The notes below the pieces were generated by a model. The model was not told the DNA's origin, made no database searches, and worked only from the letters and a program-made list of their open reading frames with translations. Made by a program: the position numbers and the translations under genes. Source: Schmidtea polychroa (lineage: Eukaryota). Taken from it: a stretch of DNA of 64,000 bases. The stretch covers positions 37,326,001 to 37,390,000 of the forward strand of contig CM097885.1 of the NCBI GenBank assembly GCA_044892525.1, given 5' to 3'. Below, in pieces: positions 25,330 to 37,800 of the stretch. Position 1 is the first letter of the stretch. The number at the start of each line of letters is the position of its first letter.

Positions 25330-25655
25330 TTGAAACCGGTCAGGGACCGAAGACCGCGAATATGGCGTAATGGTGTAAAAGCCCAGGCGTCGAGGAGTCG
25401 TAAAAGACTTCAGATTATGATTAAACCGGCCGGAAGCCGATGCCGACGTGGAGGTCTAACAAACCAAAGCGTTGATGGGTAATAATGGATTATATGGCGT
25501 AACGGTGTAAAAGCCCAGGCGTCGAGGAGTCGTAAAAGACTTCATGAGATTAAAATGAGTTGATTAAACCGGCCAGGGAGCCGATGGTAATTGAGTGAAA
25601 TAATTTAAATGAAATAGGAGAGTTGATTGAACCGGTCAGGGAGTCGATGGTAAAT
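25330..25655 (+). repeat. Leader direct repeats: two ~51-bp copies plus four short aaccgg(t/c)c...ga.(c/t)cga motifs
   Basis: atggcgtaa(t/c)ggtgtaaaagcccaggcgtcgaggagtcgtaaaagacttca at about 25362 and 25494; short motifs near 25334, 25424, 25567 and 25630. Confidence 0.8.
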
Positions 25656-26311
25656 AAATGTAGATGCAGAGGTCGCGCGAACCAAAGCATCGATGATTAA
25701 CTATGAAATTGATTAAATTGAAATAGATTAAGTGCGACAAATATGTAAGGAGTAAAGGAGAATTATGATAAAGCGCCGGCGCAAGAGAAAATAAAACCAG
25801 TTTTTGGAGGGGAAAAGCGAACGAATAGATATTAGTTGAGTTACTGAATTTATTTATTAATGATATGTTTACTTTGATATTTTTATAATTGATATTATAT
25901 TTATTTGATGATTATAAAAGGGATAGATAATTGATGCGACTATATAGATAATTGATATGAGTTATAGATAATTTAAAATCGACTTAAAATCAAAATGGGG
26001 TGAATAACGAGAAGAGTAGGAAAGCTAGAAAATTTGAAGCGAAGGAACAATAAAATAAAGGGAAAATGGGAAGTAAATGAAGGGTTTAATAAAGAGAATT
26101 TATGATATGTACTAGAAGTGTTAATTATTTTAGAATAAAGCAAACAATTCAGAAAGAAATCAAAGAAATCAAGAAAGCAATAGAAATCAAGAGATCTAAA
26201 GAAACCAATCAAAAGCAAGGAATCAAAGAACTTAATAAAATTAGAGAATTATAAAGATTAAAGAAAAAGCCTGACAATAATCAGAAAATCGAAGCTCGAT
26301 CGACGAAGTAG

Positions 26312-27738
26312 AAAATTTATCAAAGGATATTAAAAGGAGGAAAAATTGATAATATAGCTAGCCGAACCAGACGAAAAAGTAAGGGAAACCTCAGTTTATT
26401 AGAAAAGGAAGAGATAGAAAGAGCCAAGAAAAACAGAAAACTACACAAGAAACCAGCATCAGTGGAAACAGTATTTGAATCCGACAGTTTAACTAACGAA
26501 TTTGAGAACAGCGACGATTTCAAACGAACCGAATTAGATCCAATAAGCGACGTCGAATCAACTGAAGAAGAGGAAAATATATCCGAGACAACAGAGATAA
26601 CCGTACTGTGCCAAGAGATAATGTCGGACGGAAACACGAACGAACCAAGGGTAACGGACCCACCGGAAACAAGTAAGGTGCACGTCAACATTGGAGAATT
26701 CAGAGAGAAATTTCGAGGAGAGCCATTCGATGGAAATATAAACCAGCTAGAAACATTTATAAAAGAATTTGAGGTATACATTACGATATGTCACTAGCCA
26801 GACATAGTCGTACGAGAACGAATACCCCTATATCTAAAGGGAAGCGCCCAAGATGTATACTTGGAGGCGAATGTGATGCAACAAAGTTGAGAACGTGGAA
26901 AGAGATCAAGGAGTTTTTAATAAAAACATTCGGTACCGAAAAAGAAGGAAATCGAAAAATGTTAGACTTCCTGCATCGAAAGCAGAAATATAACGAATCC
27001 AACGCACTGTACGCATGCGAATTGAGACGACTAGCACGAAAAGCCTTCGATTCAAATCAACCAGTTCCGGAAGAAAAGATAATAGCCGTATTCGTAGATG
27101 GCATGAAACGAGAGGATATACGAGCAACCTTAGGATGTCGAGCACCAGAGACGCTGGAAGAAGCACTAAAAATAGCCAACAAATGTGAAACTTACCTAAT
27201 ACCAATACAAGTAGCAGCAATGACAGCAGCTCCAGCAGCTCCAGCAACAACAACAACAACCACAAATAACCAAGTCAATAATGCAAATCCAGTAATGAAT
27301 CAATTCATCCCAGGATCGCAACAGTTGTTCAAAACCCCACAAACGAGAAACCAAGACAATGGAGGTAACATTCAAAATTTTACTAATAATTTCAGGAACA
27401 ACGACAATCGAACGTGCAACATATGCCAACGATCAGGGCATTGGAGCAATGAATGTTATAGAGCAAGGATGTGTCAAAAGTGTGGGAGAAGAGGCCACAC
27501 GGAAACCATCTGCAGAAATCCCACGATGCCTATGGGCAGAGGAAGAACTAGAACCTGCTACAATTGTAACCAGCCTGGACACATGGCCAGAGAATGCACG
27601 ATGAGAGCCAAACAAAATCAACCAGGATCAAACAACCCAATGCAGAACACGCAAATCAACCTCATGCAGGAAATTGAACAATTAAAAGATATGATCCAGC
27701 GAATACCGGTTAATAATCAACAACAACGAACAATATGA
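26312..27738 (+). pseudogene. gag: gag (capsid plus three CCHC zinc knuckles), disrupted by TAG at 26795-26797 and a 1-nt frameshift near 26870
   Basis: PFDG...FIKEFE..ICH*PD...IPLYLKGSAQDVY in one frame, then TWKEIKEFL...RKQKYNES...FVDGM...TLEEALKIA in the next. Knuckles are CNICQRSGHWSNEC, CQKCGRRGHTETIC and CYNCNQPGHMAREC. Confidence 0.9.
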
Positions 27739-28517
27739 TGCAGAGCACCGAGGAAATCCGGAAACAACCAAGTAAGCAACAACAAGACCAACAACGAATC
27801 GAATGGCAAAGATTACAAAACGAAGAAGCCAGAGAAATTCAAGAAAGATGGAAACAACGGGAAGCGAATCCCGGAAGAATAAATATGATGAGATTAACAA
27901 ATAAAGAGGAACCGCACACTGCGGAGCAGTGTGTTAACAACAAAGGGAGTGACCCGATAATAAACAAGGAGATAGAAACGACAAAAGAAAATGAGATTGA
28001 TCAACGAACAGAATTAAGCAGTGAAGAGAAAATACAATTGATTAAAGAATTTACCCAAGAGGAGAAGGAAAAGAGACAAAAAAGAGATGAGAATAAAGAC
28101 GAACCGAAAAGCAAGGAGATAGTTACAAAAAATCGAATTCAGAGGGTACTACTACAAAAAATCGAAGACAGAATCAAAAACGAAAACCCTACATTAACTG
28201 AGGAACAAATTAAAGAAAAAGTGAAAGAGCATTGGTTCAGGAAAAATGAGTGGTTCGAAAAGAAAGAACCACATACCAAAGCTAAAATAAACATGTTGAG
28301 ACAAATGCGGAGTGATCAGACGGATCAGGAAGATGAGAAAAGTGAGGTGAGTAGCCTGGGAGGCGAATTATTTCAGTCAAGTGAGGAAAGCAACGAACCG
28401 AAAACACCTCCAAACAGTGAAACACCTCAAAGTAGTGATGAGAGTGAAAATGATGACATGAAATCAATGATAGAAAAAATGATGAGGAGATATTTGAGGA
28501 AATTTTCGACACAGTAA
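27735..28517 (+). CDS. Charged linker segment between Gag and the long polyprotein, probably the same ancestral ORF
   Basis: Overlaps the gag stop (ATGA). One added T restores ...QQRINMMQ in frame with gag, and the next frame is already open from about 28457. Confidence 0.6.
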   Translation: MMQSTEEIRKQPSKQQQDQQRIEWQRLQNEEAREIQERWKQREANPGRINMMRLTNKEEPHTAEQCVNNKGSDPIINKEIETTKENEIDQRTELSSEEKIQLIKEFTQEEKEKRQKRDENKDEPKSKEIVTKNRIQRVLLQKIEDRIKNENPTLTEEQIKEKVKEHWFRKNEWFEKKEPHTKAKINMLRQMRSDQTDQEDEKSEVSSLGGELFQSSEESNEPKTPPNSETPQSSDESENDDMKSMIEKMMRRYLRKFSTQ

Positions 28518-28675
28518 CAGAAATAGAGCGGAATGAGAGCTACATCAACGAGCTAACATATAGAAAATGCGTAAAACTTATAACTCAAGTATACCAGTGT
28601 GAAGGAGGTATAATAACGGCAGCATGGAAAGATTTAGCAAGATATAAAGAGAAACTAAAGGAAGCAGGCCCAGAT

Positions 28676-28895
28676 CAATATCAGGTAAGTATTCAACACC
28701 CCGAGATTCAGATACAGACTATTGAATTAAAAGGAACAAATACCGATGAACTGTACAACTGGGTACAGGAAAAAATGGGAACGAGCCATAAAAATAAACA
28801 ATTATATGTCGATGGTTACAAAGTTAAAATGGGCATACATTTGGTAGATGCGATGATATGGCCAAACGAAACTAACATCTTAACCTTAGAGAAAA
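28676..28895 (+). other. Ubiquitin-like domain 1 (straddles the track's ATG)
   Basis: YQVSIQHPEIQIQTIELKGTNTDELYNWVQEKMGTSHKNKQLYVDGYKVKMGIHLVDAMIWPNETNILTL follows the ubiquitin pattern (QDKEG, RLIFAG). Confidence 0.55.
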
Positions 28896-31800
28896 CCAGA
28901 GACGACGAATCAGTGGCAGAAATGTTCCAGAAAATCCAACAAGTGTTTAACAATGAAGTAGAACCAGAATTGGAAAAGATCGAACGAAAAATAATGAAAG
29001 AAAACCAAATAATCTTGGTCAAACAAGCTATCGATCAGGCAAGAAAATATATTAATAGACTCAGAGAAAGATGGCCACAACTAATGAAACAATTTGTCAA
29101 AGACGTACGAGACACGGAAATTATGAGATTCGAAGATAAACGAGCGACAGAATTGATATCTAAATACGGAGAATACGAGAGAACCAAATGCGAACGAGAA
29201 ACGATAAAAATAAAGGTGAAGTTGCCAAATGAAGAGAAACAAATAATAGAAGTTAACCCCGATTGCCAAGTTGACGAGTTAGTGCAAATCATAGATCAAG
29301 AGATCATCCAAAAAGCTCGAGAAAATAGTGAGGATGGAATGATCGAAGATGTGATAATAATGTACAACCGACATATGTTAGAAAGAGGAGACCGAACTGT
29401 AATTTACGAACTAGGAATCTGGGAAGATGGAGCCGTCATCAATATAATTGCGATGGATGAACCATCGGGTGGACACAAGAACGCCACCAAAACAGAGCAA
29501 CAAATTAAAAGATTCCAATGGGGGATGAGAGCAAAGATGGATCGAATAATAGATATTTATAACCATTGGCTAAAAGATGATAAATTAAAATTAGCAGCAT
29601 TCAATGATAAAGATTGCAAACTGATACCATGGAAAAAGGTGTGGATTGAAAGTGAAGCTCGATGGGATTGGGAACAGCAAAAGTTGGAACCAAATTGGAT
29701 AGATAATATACCAGAAGAGATTGCAGCAGTATGGGTAAGAGAGAAACCGATCGATACCTACCAGGATATACTGCCACAAGAATTCCCAAATGAATTACAA
29801 CCAGGAGAAGATGAGGAGATACGAGAACCGGTAAGGTTAGCACCATTCACGTGGAAAATTGAGAATTGGATGGAAAAGATAAAATCAGCAAAGGAAGAGA
29901 AAATCACACGATTAGTAAGCCCACCGTTCTACTCAGGACTAGGTGAATACAAGATGAAATTGCGAATATACCCGAACGGAGACGGGGTAGGAAAAGGAAG
30001 TTATGTATCGGCATTCTTCATCATCTGCAAAGGAAATTATGACGACGAGGTACCATGGCCGTTTAGCAGAAAAGTAACGATAGGAATCGAACCACTGAAA
30101 GATAGCCTTAACATACATAAAGAAACAATGAAACCAGACCCAAGGAGCACATGCTACCAACGACCAACAACATCAGAAAATATCGCTTCTGGGACGTCTA
30201 AATTAATACGTCTACATTACATTGAGAATGAACAATCAATATTTGTGAAAGACAATGCTATCCAGATCAGAGTAGAAGTTGAAACAGAACAAGAAATGAA
30301 CCAACGACTGAACATACCAGAAAATCAACCGAGAATCTGTATGATGAGGAGAAGAGTGCCTGATTCAGGATATCTACCAATAGACGCCGACGCAGATGAG
30401 GAGGAAGCAGCAACATTGTTGGAAGCACAAAAATGTAAGGAATTGATGGAGATATTACAAAACGGTGCGAAAAATCGTCGACGAGCGGTAGTAGAACTAG
30501 CAAAATGGATAGCCGAATCATGCAAAAGGATTCAAAACCTACGAAAAATTGTTAAAGCGATTGAAGAATATCGACGGGTATACGTATGGTACCTTGAACA
30601 ATTTGGTGAAATCATTCGGAAATGGAAACAACAAGAGTGGGCCGAAAACTTACCTGAGAAATATCAACTAAAAATATTCTTGCCAGATTTTGAACCAATG
30701 GAAAAGGAATTCTACACAACAGCCAAGGTCAGGGAAGTTAAAAAGAGAATACCTTATGAACTCCCATTCCACTTACAACACGAGGGACGATCATTAGACG
30801 ACGATATCGAAATTGGGGTGACACCACTCCAAGGAGAAATTGTGAACAGATTAACGGTGAGTAAAATTGCAGGGAGAGAATTAAGGAGAAGAGAAATAAA
30901 GCAAAAATCATCTACACAACAACCAGGAAGTTTAGACACACCAGAAGTTCCAAATGCGGTTAGTGAAGTAACGATCGAAACAACGGGAGAAGACGAAATA
31001 CTAGACGAATTACAAGAGATAGTAGAAGCAGGCGAGATTATGAGAGCATCGCAATCAGGAGATCTATTCATCGACGAAGGTGAACCAACAACTGATGATC
31101 TAGATGGATTTGTATGTGCGCAAAGACAACCAGTGGAAACGACAGAAGCCGAGACGGATTTAGATAATGTGGGGGGAAGTGCCAATAAAGATGTAACCAC
31201 AACCGATGAATGGAGTAACTGGAGAGTAGATCCAGGAGCGACCACGTCAAAAGATACAACTTACAATCCGCCAAAACGGAAAGAAACCGGAACGGCTATG
31301 GATCGACGAACAAGAGGAAGACCAAAAACAGATAAAGCAGAGGTGGAACCAAAATCCAAAATTCAAGCACAAATGGAACAGGTAAAAACTAAAATGGATA
31401 AACTAAGCGCATTAGTAAAACAAGTCAAAGTGAAAACAAACGTCCGGGAACAAGGGACACGATGGATAAACGACTTATTAGCTAACATGTTAGCGTTAGC
31501 AAACCCAGATGTGAAAAGAGTAATGAGGAAGAATAATATCCCGACCGAAGCCAAACAATTATGGGCGGTATTGAAACCGATAATAATGAAAATCATGGAT
31601 AATAAAATTCGATTAACGTTAAAGGATCCCGTGGAACTCAGATTAATTGTGGAACATCTGTTAAGCAGATCAGAAGACCAAAATCGATATTTAGTGGGAT
31701 TAGCATATTTGGTGTATAACGTCATTGGTCAATATAAAAAACGAATGCCAAAATATAACGCAACTGGTTATGAATTCACAGTAACAGAAATAATCAAACG

Positions 31801-34800
31801 ATCAATAGAACCATATATACTTGAACAAGGGGGATGGAGAAACTTCATCGAATCAACTGGGAAGAAAGATCAAACGGAAATGATGCAAGCAAAGTTACGC
31901 GATTTGCTAACAGAACTCGAAGGAACAATCAATATGAACGACCCAAGAGCAAGCCGAAAGGGAATGAATGCCATAATAACCACGATACTGATATGGATGA
32001 TGTGTATCAAAGGAACGGAGTCATTTGCAGTATACGACTGTGACAACATAAAAATCCATGAGAAATATTCATTAAAGGATACGGAAGACTGTAAAGCAGC
32101 AAACCCAAGAAAATTACAAACAGTCATGGCATCAGTCTCGTATAACGTATATCAAGAGGCAGATTTCATCAAAACCATGGTCCAAGAATGTACGGTAACC
32201 AGAAAGATCTTTGCACATCACTGCGGTTCATCCTCCCACTCAACAATCATAGAACCGGGATTGGAATCGACAGTAATATTACTATCAAGAGGGGAATGCG
32301 AGGAAGGATTCCGATCGGGGGGAATCCACTTAAGGCAAGGGATTGAAATTGCTGCAGAACCAGGAGAAATAAAAACGACTCGCGTGTATACGGCAGGCAG
32401 AATCACTAAAGGAGATGGAACATGTGAGACAGGAACATACACCTTGAACGGACAACTGGTTAGTGGAGTGGTCGTAATAGAAAGCTACGAAGCTAAATTA
32501 GAAAGGTATCAAGGTTATTTCGACCCTGACACGCAAGCAATGAAGAAATACCCAAGTTGTCTCGCATCAGATCGATCATGTTCAACCGGAATGTCAACTC
32601 TGGTATACCATGCGGATCAGAAGGTATGTCGACTAATGTTACTCAAAACAGCAATATTCGAAGAAATCCAAGGGAAAGTATACAGTGAACCAAAAGGAGA
32701 AGCAGAAAAACGAGCGATGGAAGAGTTGAGAGCAAGGAAAGGATTCAGAGAAGACGTAATAACATCGAAATTGGAATCGGAAGTAACACCCACAGCGATA
32801 ATCTCCAAAGACGATGGAATAGGAATGAGGTTCATAAAGAACAAAATGGTGAGTAAATGCGATGAGATGGTGATCAGCACCAATTATAAAGGGATCTACT
32901 TGTCGCGGAGAACCCTAGCAAATGCAGTCGGAAGACTAAGCGAAAAGGATGTCAAACTATATTTATACGCTAATAATAAGATGGATTTCTTATATCACAG
33001 AGGATTAACATCCACGGAAAAAGTCTACCATGATCTGTTAAGAAACGATTGCCTGCTCAACAAAGAAATATTGAGAACAAAATTAGCAATGGCGATTACA
33101 AATCCAGATAACGCAATTCCGTTACTACCATTACAGGAAGGATATTTCGGACGAATCGTGGGTGAAGTGATGTACACCTACCAATGCAAAAAGATAATGG
33201 CAAGATTGCCAGAAAACCCTACAATACCAAGAGATAAGTGTGCAAACGAACTCGAAATTATTCACGAAGGTAAACCCAGGTTTGTGCAAGCAGTCACTAG
33301 GGTAATGAACCCGGTAGGGTTTCAACCAAATCTGTTTAATTGTAGTAATGCATATGGACCAATGTATGAAAAAGAAGATGGACAATGGGTTCAATTCCCA
33401 AGTAAAACAATCGTAGTAACACCCAAGAAATTTGGATTGACGGAACTAACAACAGAACTGGAGTTCAAGCCGATAGACGTATCCCAGAGTGGATTATATA
33501 TACCAAAAGATCTCGAATCAGCAAGAGCCCACCTGTTATTCCCAGCGCAAAGACAAGCAATCTTATCAAATATAGTGACTATTTCTGGAGGAAATAATTA
33601 TGGGGAGAGCCCGAACTACGAGCTATTATTATCACCAAGTCACTACCAACAAGCAACAGCAAACATGATGAAGGCTATGTGGGGTCGATTTTTGGTATTT
33701 GGCCAAATGATGGCAGGAATACTCGGAATTATTCTGATAATACAAATAGTTAGAGTGATACTAACTCAGATGCTAGCATGTTTTGACATTTATAAGCGCG
33801 AGAGAAAAGTAAATTGGAAACTTGCAATTGGATTCTTACCGTTCTTAGCGAAAACAATGGTGTTGCATGGACACTCAAAGGATATTCATCGAATAAAAAG
33901 ATTGTTGAAAATATTGACGCAAATGAAAGGGACAGACGAAGAAGTCGGACGTAAGTTCAAAGTAATAATGAGATTAGAAGCAGAAAGAACTCAAGAGAAA
34001 GCGAAAAGAACCGGGAAGTGGAAAAAGTGGATGAATGATGATTTCGACGACGACGATAATAATCAAGGAGGAGTAATGTTGATAAACAAAAATACAGCCA
34101 CTTGGGAAAACGAAAAAATGAAACCATGGGGATCACCATATTTACAGGCACCAACTAATGGACCAATGCGACGACCAGGAACAATGAGAGAACGGATAAG
34201 AATGGGAACCGGAAGATTACCCGTACCGAATATTTATCCAATGGCTTATGAACCAATTTGGGCAGCACTGGACCCAACAATGATCAAGCCAGTTAAAAAT
34301 GTGGGGCAAGAGGTGGAGACACGAACGATTGCGGTATTGCAGACACCAGCAGGACCATCATTAACTATCACGGTCGAAGTAAACGGAATAGAGATGGATG
34401 CAATGATTGATACCGGAGCAAATATCTCAGCAATAAATATGAATATGCTACCAGGAAGACTATGGCCATGCATTGAGGAGACAACCATGGATGTAATAAC
34501 ATGCAGCAAACAATCCATAGCGGTAGTAGGAAGAGTATGGTCAACGATCGAATACAAAGGGGTTAAAGTTACAACGTACCTCGCAGTCATTAGACAGCTA
34601 AGCGTATCATGTATAATTGGAACAGATGTAATGCCGGAATTATTGAAAGAAATTGTGATTGATTTGAGTTCCATGAAATTAAAAGATAAAACTGGACAGA
34701 TATGCACAATGAAAACAGAAGTGAGATGTTCCGAAAAAATGATAATACCAGCACGTACCCAGACAATATGTTATGTCAAGGTCGATAACGAAGCCAAAGG

Positions 34801-37800
34801 AGATATGATATTCGAACCAAGTCAAAAATTTGAAAAAAGAAGAGAGCTACCATTGGCAAGAGAGATCGTCAGTATAAATGAGGATAACGAGATACCCATC
34901 AACATCACCAATTTTGACGAGGAAGATAAAGTAATCTACGAAAACGAAAGACTTGGGAAACTCACACCAATGATGAACATTGAACTGCCAGAGATGAAAA
35001 GTGAAGGAGCAGATGAAAAAGAATTGTGGACCATCGATAGCGAACTTCTAAATGAAGACGAAAAGGGACAACTCAGACAACTACTGATTGAGTTTAAAGA
35101 TATTTTTGCGGCGTCAGATTTAGATTTGGGTACCAGCGATGTAACTCAACACATTATACCATTAACAGATGAGACACCCATAACTTTGAGACCATATCGA
35201 TTAGCCGAAGCACAAAAAACGGTGGCAGAGGAAGAAGTACAAAAGATGTTAGATGCTGGTGTAATAGAACCTAGTTGCTCACCATGGCAATTCCCAGTAG
35301 TAATGGTCAAAAAGAAAGACGGCACACAGAGATTTTGTATTGATTATCGGAGGTTGAACGCAGTAACGAAAAGAGATACATATCCACTGCCAGACATAAA
35401 CGAAATGTTACAGATGTTGCATGGAGCAGCATACTTTACGTCTTTAGATCTAAAGAGTGGATACTGGCAAATTAAAGTCAAAGAGGAAGATAGAGAAAAG
35501 ACAGCCTTCACCATCGGAAAAGATTTATATCAGTTTAAAAAGATGCCATTTGGATTAACAAACGCACCTGCTTCGTTTCAAAGATGTATGAACTTTGTGA
35601 CACACGGAATTAAACAATGTATGGTGTATATTGATGATCTGTTGATATATTCAGGTACCTTCGAGCAACACTTAATCGACATCAGGAACGTATTCATAAG
35701 ACTGAAACAATGGAAGCTGAAATTGAAACCGTCAAAATGCGATTGGGCAAAGGAGAGAGTCACATTTTTGGGACACATCGTGTCGGCAAAAGGAAAAGAA
35801 CCAGATCCGAGAAACGTTGAGAAAATAAAGAATTGTCCGATACCAAAAACCGTGACTCAGGTACAAGAATTTCTGGGATTATGCGGATACTACCGCAAGT
35901 TCATCAAAAATTATGCAACTATCGCAAAACCAATTCAGGAATTAACAAAAAAGGATACTCCATTTCTGTGGGAAAGGGAACAGCAAATAGCGTTCGAATC
36001 GCTAAGAAATAAATTAATAGCCTCGCCTATTTTAATCCACCCAGACTTCAAAAAGCCTTTTCTATTAGCAACCGATGCAAGTGGATATGCATCAGGAGCT
36101 GTGCTAGGACAATGGGACGAGGAGAAACGAGAAAGAGTCATCGGATATTATAGCAAGACGTTCAAAAAACACGAGAAGAATTACTCAGTCACAGAAAGAG
36201 AAGCTTTAGCAATAATTCAGGCGATAAAACATTTCAAATATTTATTATGGGGACACGAGATAATTATTACTACGGATCACCAACCTCTAGTTTGGTTGGG
36301 CCAACATAAAGAAGCATCTAGCCGATTAATGAGATGGGCAATGCAATTACAAGAATATTCCCCATACATCAAGTTCAAGTCAGGAAAAGCAAACGCAAAT
36401 GCAGATTGCATGTCGAGATTCGTATTTGAAGAACTCATGGATCATGACGTCAGGCGAATATGCATGATAATCGCGGAAGATATCGATTTTACCAATCTAA
36501 AGAACGAACAAAAGGAAGACAGCGAATTGAAACTAATAATCGAATTCTTAGATAAAAACGATATGAAAATATTCAACGGCTACGAGCGATTGAAAGAACA
36601 TATGGAGAAAAATCGGCACAGATATACAATCGAGAAGGGATGGCTATTGATAATGGATGGCGACAAACGACTGATGTGCTTACCGGAAAGTAGACGGAAA
36701 GAAATTATGATTCAATATCATGACGGTAAATTGGGCGGACATATGTCAGCCAAGAAAACGGAGGCAAGGCTTAAACAGAAATATTACTGGCCAAATATGA
36801 GCGATGACGTAAAGGAATGGATAAAGAACTGTTTGATATGCGCAACTAGGAAAACAACAGGCAGTAAACTAAAGCCGCCCTTGAAACCAATGCCAATACC
36901 GCCAGAACCAATGACAATGATTGCAATGGATGTAGTTGGACCACTACCAGAAACTAACAGCGGAAATGTGTACATATTGGTAATAACAGATTATCTAACA
37001 AAGTTTCCTGAAGCATTTGCGATGCCAGACCAAAAAGCACGAACGGTTGCAAGGATATTAGTGGAAGAGATCTGCTGCAGATATGGAACTCCAAAACAAA
37101 TCTTAACTGACCAAGGAACCAATTTCATGAGCGAGATAATAAATGAAGTGACAAATTATTTTAGAATTGCCAAATTGAGAACCTCGCCATACCACCCGCA
37201 AACGAATGGTCAGACAGAAAGATTTAACGGCATACTAATAGACATGATGTCAAATTACGTGAGTAAACATCAAAAGGACTGGGATGAATATATTAAGTTG
37301 TGTCTAATGGCTTATCGAATGTCAATACACTCAGCAACGAAAATGAGTCCGTTTAAACTCATGTATGGAAGGGAATGCAACGTGCCGATGGATCTCGAAT
37401 ACCAACCGCCAATCTCACAATATATGGAGATAGATGATTATGTAACAAAGTTCAAAGAGAGAATGCAAGAAATATGGAAAACCGCAGGGATGAACATCCG
37501 ATTCAACCAAGAAAGTTATAAGGAATTGCATGATAAAAAGAAGAACGTGCAAAACCATCAATTTAAAGTCGGAGATTGGGTTATTATAGAAACACCCGAA
37601 TTAATCCCAGGAACAGCAAAGAAATTACAACGTAATGGCAGAGGACCATATGAAATCATCTATGTAAACGAGAACAACGCTCGAGTAAAGTTGGTTAACA
37701 ACCCACTAATTAGACCCATATATGTGAATACATGTCGATGTAAAGCAGTAGCGAAAACTGCCACTAAAGACCCAGAAACAAGGAAGATAGTCACGAGATC

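Noticed and set aside
25330..25655. CRISPR-like array
   Set aside because: Eukaryotic context, irregular spacing, degenerate repeats and no cas genes.
26788..26870. Track start of gag (MSLARHSRT...)
   Set aside because: Out-of-frame sequence; the capsid motif IPLYLKGSAQDVY lies in the upstream frame.
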